Assembly (NCBI GenBank): GCA_038154245.1 | Contig: JAYOZP010000005.1 | Location: 7,307 to 71,306, forward strand | DNA length: 64,000 nucleotides | Direction: 5' to 3' | Source of the DNA: Nitrospinales bacterium | Lineage (GTDB): Bacteria; Nitrospinota; Nitrospinia; Nitrospinales; JAJDAT01 | In this document: in pieces, positions 58,764 through 64,000 of the stretch | Position numbering within the stretch: position 1 is the first letter of the stretch | Layout: the number at the start of each line of letters is the position of its first letter | Program-made: the position numbers and the translations under genes | Notes under the pieces: generated by a model | What the model was told of the DNA's origin: nothing | Seen by the model: the letters and a program-made list of their open reading frames with translations, nothing else | Databases searched by the model: none

Positions 58764-58852
58764 GTGAGTTAGGGACCATATCCCCTAATTTTTCGGAGCC
58801 TGGTTTCTCTTGAAAAATAACAAAAACTCGTTTCATTAAGAAAGGAAACGCC

Positions 58853-59266
58853 ATGGAAACAAACGCGGTAGATCCATTAGGCCCTGCAGGAAGAAAACCG
58901 CCTGCAAATAAGCCGTCCGCGAATCCTAGGCCATCACAAACGTCTGAACAAGGAAAGGCGAATTCTGGCGAGGATTCGGTGACACTTTCGAGCGCGTCTC
59001 GGGCAGCAGCTTTAGCGCAAAAACTTCAAAATAGTGGGGGAGATGAGGTTCGTCGAGAAAATTCATCGTCGAAAAATCAAAACCAGTCTACCCCAACAAA
59101 TTTGAGGCGATTATCGATCACTGACAACCAACAGGTAGTATTGAAAATCATAGATCCTTCGACCAAGGATGTGGTTAAGCAACTTCCCACGGAAGAACTG
59201 ATCCGATTACGCGAAGCGGTACGTAGCGCAAACGAAAGTGCAGTTCAAATTCAAGAGACTGAATAA
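58853..59266 (+). CDS. flaG: FlaG-family flagellar protein with a disordered N-terminal half
   Basis: The C-terminal LSITDNQQVVLKIIDPSTKDVVKQLPTEELIRLREAV resembles the FlaG core (..vvkviD..T.EvirqiP.Ee.l..). AAGGA Shine-Dalgarno. Sigma-28 promoter upstream. Confidence 0.6.
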   Translation: METNAVDPLGPAGRKPPANKPSANPRPSQTSEQGKANSGEDSVTLSSASRAAALAQKLQNSGGDEVRRENSSSKNQNQSTPTNLRRLSITDNQQVVLKIIDPSTKDVVKQLPTEELIRLREAVRSANESAVQIQETE

Positions 59267-59283
59267 AAAATAAAGGAGGGGTT

Positions 59284-59583
59284 ATGCCAATCGAAGGAGT
59301 AGGTACCGCAACATTATTGACTCGACCAAATCCTACATCAACTTCAAGTACATCAGAAAATCGAGAAGCGCCATCGGCAAATTCAGCTGAAACAGCGCCG
59401 TCAACAACAAGCGATTCAGTAACATTAATTCCACCTACGCCAACTGAAGGCGCCACTCAAGAAGGAAATTCGGAAGGAGCTTCTAACTTTGATTCTTCGG
59501 CCAACTCGGCAAATACTTCAGCGTCTGAAGCGGAAGTTAGCGAAGGCGGAAACTCTGAGCAACGAGTGGATTTGACCGTATAA
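59284..59583 (+). CDS. Ser/Thr/Ala/Glu-rich low-complexity small protein
   Basis: Strong AAGGAGG Shine-Dalgarno 6 nt upstream. 99 aa, predicted disordered. Shares a DSVTL pentapeptide with the flaG-like product. Confidence 0.5.
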   Translation: MPIEGVGTATLLTRPNPTSTSSTSENREAPSANSAETAPSTTSDSVTLIPPTPTEGATQEGNSEGASNFDSSANSANTSASEAEVSEGGNSEQRVDLTV

Positions 59584-59588
59584 ATATA

Positions 59589-60155
59589 TTAGCTTGAAGC
59601 GGCGGTCATGAATCGCCGCTTTATTTCTTCCGGCGTATGGGTGACACGACCCGTATTGTGATGGTCAAAATCAGGTTCGACCTTAACCAAAATAAAAGAA
59701 GGTCCTTCAGAATTTAAAGCGTTTCGAAATTCCCTCTTTAATCCCTCTAGTTCATTAACAACCAAAGACCTCCGATAACCGGAACTTTCCGCAACTTTTT
59801 GTAATTCAATTTGGCTAGATAGAGTTTTTTGATTTCCAGTGGACTCGTAAACTTCATTATCGATAGTCACATGCACAAGATTTTTAGGAGCGGCGGCGGC
59901 AATCATAGCCAAAGTCCCCATTGCCATTAAGACATTTCCATCTCCATCCAAAACAACTACCTTTTTTTCCGGTTGCGCAAGAGCCACTCCCAACCCCATA
60001 GACGAAGCCAATCCCATAGAACCTATCATATAAAAATTCGCTTCGCGATCTTTTGCATTGAACGCTTCTCTTCCTATAAAACCATTAGCGTTCACTACAG
60101 GTTCATTGTCTAACTCTGCCATTACGGCGGCTATCGCTTCGCTACCTTTCATCAA
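59589..60155 (-). CDS. sulfopyruvate/phosphonopyruvate decarboxylase, beta (TPP-binding) subunit
   Basis: GSMGLASSMGLGVALA and LDGDGNVLM (the GDG-type TPP motif). Overlaps the alpha-subunit gene by 14 nt. Confidence 0.8.
   Translation of the reverse strand: MMKGSEAIAAVMAELDNEPVVNANGFIGREAFNAKDREANFYMIGSMGLASSMGLGVALAQPEKKVVVLDGDGNVLMAMGTLAMIAAAAPKNLVHVTIDNEVYESTGNQKTLSSQIELQKVAESSGYRRSLVVNELEGLKREFRNALNSEGPSFILVKVEPDFDHHNTGRVTHTPEEIKRRFMTAASS
59597..59630 (+). terminator. putative intrinsic terminator for the flaG-like pair, embedded in the 3' end of the convergent gene
   Basis: Stem AAGCGGCG (59597-59604) / CGCCGCTT (59614-59621), 9-nt loop, then TATTTCTT. Confidence 0.45.
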
Positions 60156-60639
60156 AAAATCCTTTTTTTACTAAAATCGTAAAAGGTAATTCATCTTCTA
60201 CAATTGTTTGACGAGCCTTAGCTAACACTTCGTCTAAGTTATCTTGCGTTAAAACAGAATGTTCCATACCGGAAGTTTCTAAGAGCTTCTCGTTTATATC
60301 GCCCATAATAATATGTTCGGGCGCATCCTTACCTCCGCAACCTCTCCAACTCATAATAACCAACATTGGAATTTTATATATTAAGTTTAGAGAAGTAAAA
60401 GCGTTTAAGCTATACCCCAAACCAGAGTTCTGCATTAATAAAACGGGAAGTTTTCCCCCCATATACGCCCCGGAACATAACCCTACAGCCGCATCCTCTC
60501 TGACGGAAGCAAGATAAGGAAACTCATCTTGTTTTTCCAAAATGGAAATCAATCCCGCCAAAAGCGAACAAGGAACTCCAGTATAAAAATTAAAACCTTC
60601 TTGTTTTAACCGATTAAAAAAACTCTGAGAATTAAGCAC
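60142..60639 (-). CDS. sulfopyruvate/phosphonopyruvate decarboxylase, alpha subunit
   Basis: TPP-enzyme N-terminal (PYR) domain. FYTGVPCSLL, MQNSGLG. Confidence 0.8.
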   Translation of the reverse strand: MLNSQSFFNRLKQEGFNFYTGVPCSLLAGLISILEKQDEFPYLASVREDAAVGLCSGAYMGGKLPVLLMQNSGLGYSLNAFTSLNLIYKIPMLVIMSWRGCGGKDAPEHIIMGDINEKLLETSGMEHSVLTQDNLDEVLAKARQTIVEDELPFTILVKKGFFDER

Positions 60640-60660
60640 GTTAAAAATTTCAAAAAAAAA

Positions 60661-61599
60661 TTACCAATTATCGACGGAGCGTTCCCCGCCATATTGAACT
60701 TGAAGCTGATGAATCAACTTAATATATTCTTTAATTCCATTTAACCCGGCAAACTCAACGCCCAATTCTTTAGCCGCTTCAGCGCTCATTGGAACGCCTT
60801 CCTGGCCTTTAACGCCTTGAGCTTCGCCAAATGAATCGACAATATCGGCAATTAATTGACCCAAATCCAAATTATGAATATGACCGTCAACTAAATGATA
60901 GGCAGACTTTGCGTCAGATTTTCCAATTACTTTTTGAATCGCCTGGCATACAGCGTCGACGGAAACATACTTTGTGCTTCCTTTCAAATCAACATTGTAA
61001 TTAGTCGCCAAATAATCGACTGTTTGAAACCATTCCGACTTATCAATCTCTGGTTTCACTCCATAAATGGTAACCGGTCGAAAAATTGTTAGATCAAAAG
61101 CACGCGCCTTATGATAAGAAAAGCAAAAAGCTTCGATCGCGGATTTAATAGCCCCAAATAAACCTGCAGGACGAACCGGATGATCTTCATCTAATGGGTT
61201 TTCGGCAGAAACAGATGGCAACACGTCTCCAAAAATAGCGCAAGCGCTCATAAAAATGAACTGTTTAACTTTTGCTTTTTTTGCCGCTTCCAGTAGTTCA
61301 TAGCTACCATTGACATTTGCCTTCACTAATTCATCGGCAGTTTGGACAGGACCCGGAAAATGCGCCAAGTGAATCACTGTATCGGCGTCGGCAACTAGTT
61401 TAGCTAACGAATCCTTGTCAGTTAAGTCGCCAATTACATAATCAATATCTTCAAATGGTTTTAAATGTTCAACGACACTCGATTCGCGAATCAAAGCGCG
61501 AATATTGTATTTCGGGCCTTCCGGGTTTTCTTTATCCAACCTTCGAACAAGATGGGACCCGACCATCCCGGTTATTCCAGTTAACGCAATATTCATCAC
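60661..61599 (-). CDS. NAD-dependent epimerase/dehydratase-family protein
   Basis: IALTGITGMVGSHLV Rossmann motif, then a short-chain dehydrogenase fold. First gene of the operon with the decarboxylase. Confidence 0.8.
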   Translation of the reverse strand: MMNIALTGITGMVGSHLVRRLDKENPEGPKYNIRALIRESSVVEHLKPFEDIDYVIGDLTDKDSLAKLVADADTVIHLAHFPGPVQTADELVKANVNGSYELLEAAKKAKVKQFIFMSACAIFGDVLPSVSAENPLDEDHPVRPAGLFGAIKSAIEAFCFSYHKARAFDLTIFRPVTIYGVKPEIDKSEWFQTVDYLATNYNVDLKGSTKYVSVDAVCQAIQKVIGKSDAKSAYHLVDGHIHNLDLGQLIADIVDSFGEAQGVKGQEGVPMSAEAAKELGVEFAGLNGIKEYIKLIHQLQVQYGGERSVDNW

Positions 61600-61839
61600 A
61601 ACCTCCGGTAAACTTCAGATTGCATTATAAATTTAAAAAGATCGGGAAGTCTAAGTCAAAACATTAGGCAATACGAGGGAAAAGCTTAAAATCAAGCAAA
61701 AAGCCTAGAAGAAGCTGCTATCCGGTTTCCTTCCCAATTTGTAAATAGGTCATTATGGGAAGAGACCTTAGGGAAGTCAACCGGTTTTTAATGTAGAAGA
61801 ATGGATTAGGAAGATTAGCCTGTTAAATTCCAAAGTTGA

Positions 61840-63645
61840 TTACAAAGCTGTAATGGTAACATTATCAAATCGATTAACCGAAGTTTTAGTCGCTACTCCA
61901 ACTTTGCCCGAAGAAAAAGTGGAATCAGATACCGTCAAATTCCAATCATTTGGTTCTGAAGATCCAGCGACCCAAAATTTTGCTTGAATACTATCCCCCT
62001 GAGCTCTGACTTTAAGGTAATGGGTCGTGTTTTTCAAAGAATCAAGCGCGACATCAAGCGTGGTTTCAGGACTCAATGTAGTTTCAGTACCGCCTTCAAC
62101 TTTAACTACTTGCAGTTTAAGTTCTTCAACCGCATTATTTCCATTGCCGGTGATGCTTGAATAAATTTGAACTCTATAATAGTTTTGATCGTCTTCACCC
62201 TGGTGCCGAATTACCATACCAGAGTAATCTCCATCTTGCATTCCAGACCCATTTTTCCCAACTAAATCCACTTGGGCGTCGTAATTTGTAGATAAACAGC
62301 CTCCATCATACACTGCAATACCAGATCCATTTGCTGCGCTATGATAAACTTTTGTGCCCGAGGTGCTTATATTCCAATTGGTTTGACCGTATTCTGTCCA
62401 ATTTGGGATTGTGTTCCCTGAAGCGTTTTCAAAATCCTCTGTAGCAATATTATCGCCCGCCGTAATTCCAGATGTAAATGAGATCGGAATTGAATTGTAA
62501 ATAGGACGACTTTCTCCATCAACTGTCACCGTTGTATTAGAAGACAGCGTAATCGTTTTGGAAGAATCGCTAAAATCATAGCTTAACGATGTTTCTGCAG
62601 AGCCGCTTGTGCTTGTCGTAGCGGAAGCCACTGAAAGAGAACCACCATTTGCCGTAAAAGTTAGCACTTCTCCAGACATAGCTTGCCCTTGATTATCTAC
62701 TAAGCCAGCCGTAATTGTTGTGGAAGTAGTTGGACAAGTTACGCTAGATGGACTGGCAGCCAGCGAAATTGATCCCCAAGGAGATAACGACAGATTTCTA
62801 GGAGAAATTTTTGCAGTGAAAGTTTTCCTATGATAGCCGTCGTTATAATTTGAAGATCCGCCATAAGTAGCAACGCTATTTGCCGTATAATTTCCACTGG
62901 ACAAATATTCTGGTTTAGAATCAGGATTTCTACTTCTGACTAATAGTTCCATATCTACACGCCGGATATCGTTTAGCTGAGATTCAGAAGTAGAAAAGTT
63001 AAATGGCATCGTAGGGTCTACATTAGGATTATTCGCGTCGCGAGGTAACAAGTTTAGGTTTTTATCGTAATAGGACAAAATAAAATTATCGACATTCCTA
63101 GCGACAACTGATTTGGTGTAACCGCTATCTCCATTATTAAGAGTGTATTTATACAAGTTGTAAGGAGGATTATTCAACATCAATTCAATGCTATATACAC
63201 GATGCTCATCGCTGGCTACATTTCCATCGTCATTTTGGTCAAAATAAGCGTCAACAGAAAAAGATTCCGTAACTGTACCCGAGGCTTCAGAAACGGCATA
63301 AACAAATACCTCATCATTCTGAATGGCGCCATCGTTATCTTCGTCATAAACCACGCTAAGATAATGATCGGAAGCAGCCAAAAAACGTCTACCACGAAAT
63401 ACGTTATAACCCGAATTCATTACCGATTTTGAAATAAACTCTTTTGTCGCTATCCCGGCGGTTTCAAGTTCTGAATTTTGGGTTTGCCGTTCAAAAATGA
63501 TTCGTTCGTTTTGAAGAATTCCAACCATAAGAGCAATTATCAGTAGCGTCAAGCCTGCCGCCATAACAAGTTCTACCATCGTAAAACCGCGTTGGTTTGC
63601 CCAGTAAAACTCATTTTTATTTTCAGATTTTAAAAATCGCATCAT
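61840..63645 (-). CDS. large type IV pilin-like (prepilin N-terminal methylation motif) protein with Ig-like and ConA/LamG-like C-terminal domains
   Basis: Leader ...ANQRG|FTMVELVMAAGLTLLIIAL. PilW-like middle region. Big_1-like ITAGLVDNQGQAMSGEVLTFTANGGSL. C-terminal jelly-roll-like region ending FDNVTITAL. Confidence 0.7.
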   Translation of the reverse strand: MMRFLKSENKNEFYWANQRGFTMVELVMAAGLTLLIIALMVGILQNERIIFERQTQNSELETAGIATKEFISKSVMNSGYNVFRGRRFLAASDHYLSVVYDEDNDGAIQNDEVFVYAVSEASGTVTESFSVDAYFDQNDDGNVASDEHRVYSIELMLNNPPYNLYKYTLNNGDSGYTKSVVARNVDNFILSYYDKNLNLLPRDANNPNVDPTMPFNFSTSESQLNDIRRVDMELLVRSRNPDSKPEYLSSGNYTANSVATYGGSSNYNDGYHRKTFTAKISPRNLSLSPWGSISLAASPSSVTCPTTSTTITAGLVDNQGQAMSGEVLTFTANGGSLSVASATTSTSGSAETSLSYDFSDSSKTITLSSNTTVTVDGESRPIYNSIPISFTSGITAGDNIATEDFENASGNTIPNWTEYGQTNWNISTSGTKVYHSAANGSGIAVYDGGCLSTNYDAQVDLVGKNGSGMQDGDYSGMVIRHQGEDDQNYYRVQIYSSITGNGNNAVEELKLQVVKVEGGTETTLSPETTLDVALDSLKNTTHYLKVRAQGDSIQAKFWVAGSSEPNDWNLTVSDSTFSSGKVGVATKTSVNRFDNVTITAL

Positions 63646-64000
63646 TCTATTTGTCCCACCCTTTCAACGCTAAAAATGGAAGGAATAAAAGGAGGCCAAT
63701 ATGAGGGATTTTGAAAATTCACGTCCCATCCCCAAGTTCGGGTCGGGGCTGTATAAACAGGACAACCATAACTCCAACTCCCCTTCGCTTGTGAACTAGA
63801 CCATAAATTAATAAACGCCCCATTTATGTACGCCGTTTTTCCAGACCAACTTTCGTGCATTCGCGGATAATTTTCTAAACCACCGCTATAAGTTCCGCCA
63901 CCTTCTGGGGTTGGAACATTACCGCCGAAAAAAGCTGCGTTATAAGTAGTATTGGAAGCCGAATTACAACCGCCTGGATCCGACCAATTATTAGACAAAA
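63642..64000 (-). CDS. pilus/pseudopilus-associated protein, 3' part only (continues beyond the window end)
   Basis: Open to the window edge. 4-nt overlap with the downstream pilin-like gene. Gly/Trp/Tyr-rich C-terminus (...TRTWGWDVNFQNPSYWPPFIPSIF). Confidence 0.5.
   Translation of the reverse strand, partial: LSNNWSDPGGCNSASNTTYNAAFFGGNVPTPEGGGTYSGGLENYPRMHESWSGKTAYINGAFINLWSSSQAKGSWSYGCPVYTAPTRTWGWDVNFQNPSYWPPFIPSIFSVERVGQIE

Noticed and set aside
1-64000. CRISPR arrays, prophage or integrase genes, toxin-antitoxin pairs, or restriction and other defence gene cassettes.
   Set aside because: I saw no regularly spaced direct repeats. No ORF carries nuclease, helicase, integrase or transposase motifs. 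The window reads as core chromosome.

Overview
The window is a low-GC, gene-dense (about 90% coding) chromosomal segment from a diderm, apparently motile bacterium. I cannot assign a species from the sequence alone. All protein calls rest on motifs read from the supplied translations; no BLAST, HMM or folding was run. Most of the window is housekeeping. That includes the conserved rpsP-KH-rimM-trmD-(SPOUT)-rplS operon with ffh, plus queC, dapF-dapA-dapB, moeB, pcm, smc, pyrF and miaB. Signalling genes are an MCP, a PAS-GGDEF protein, a 3xPAS-PP2C phosphatase and cheB-HDOD. There is also a small glycan-modification island: GT4, rmlB-like, WbqC and a radical-SAM/SPASM gene, bracketed by paralogous TPR proteins. 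I found no rRNA, tRNA, CRISPR array, transposase or obvious defence genes. The most interesting signal not explained by genes is a family of ~100-108 bp inverted-repeat elements ending in TTAA (MITE/Correia-like). It has four intact and several degenerate copies, and the intact copies all sit in short spacers between co-directional genes. Other points worth a second look:
- an in-frame TGA splitting a TPR gene
- a near-consensus sigma-28 promoter in front of a flaG-like gene
- a tightly coupled OMP / cytochrome c / TlpA / secreted-protein operon with Cys/His/Met-rich N-termini
- a translationally coupled Mo-oxidoreductase/FGE pair
- two membrane-fused spermidine-synthase-like paralogs in unusual operons
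- a glutaredoxin-like gene closely linked to KamA, next to an ATP-grasp-like gene
- a ComDE-like decarboxylase operon without pepM
- a 601-aa pilin-like protein carrying Ig-like and lectin-like domains
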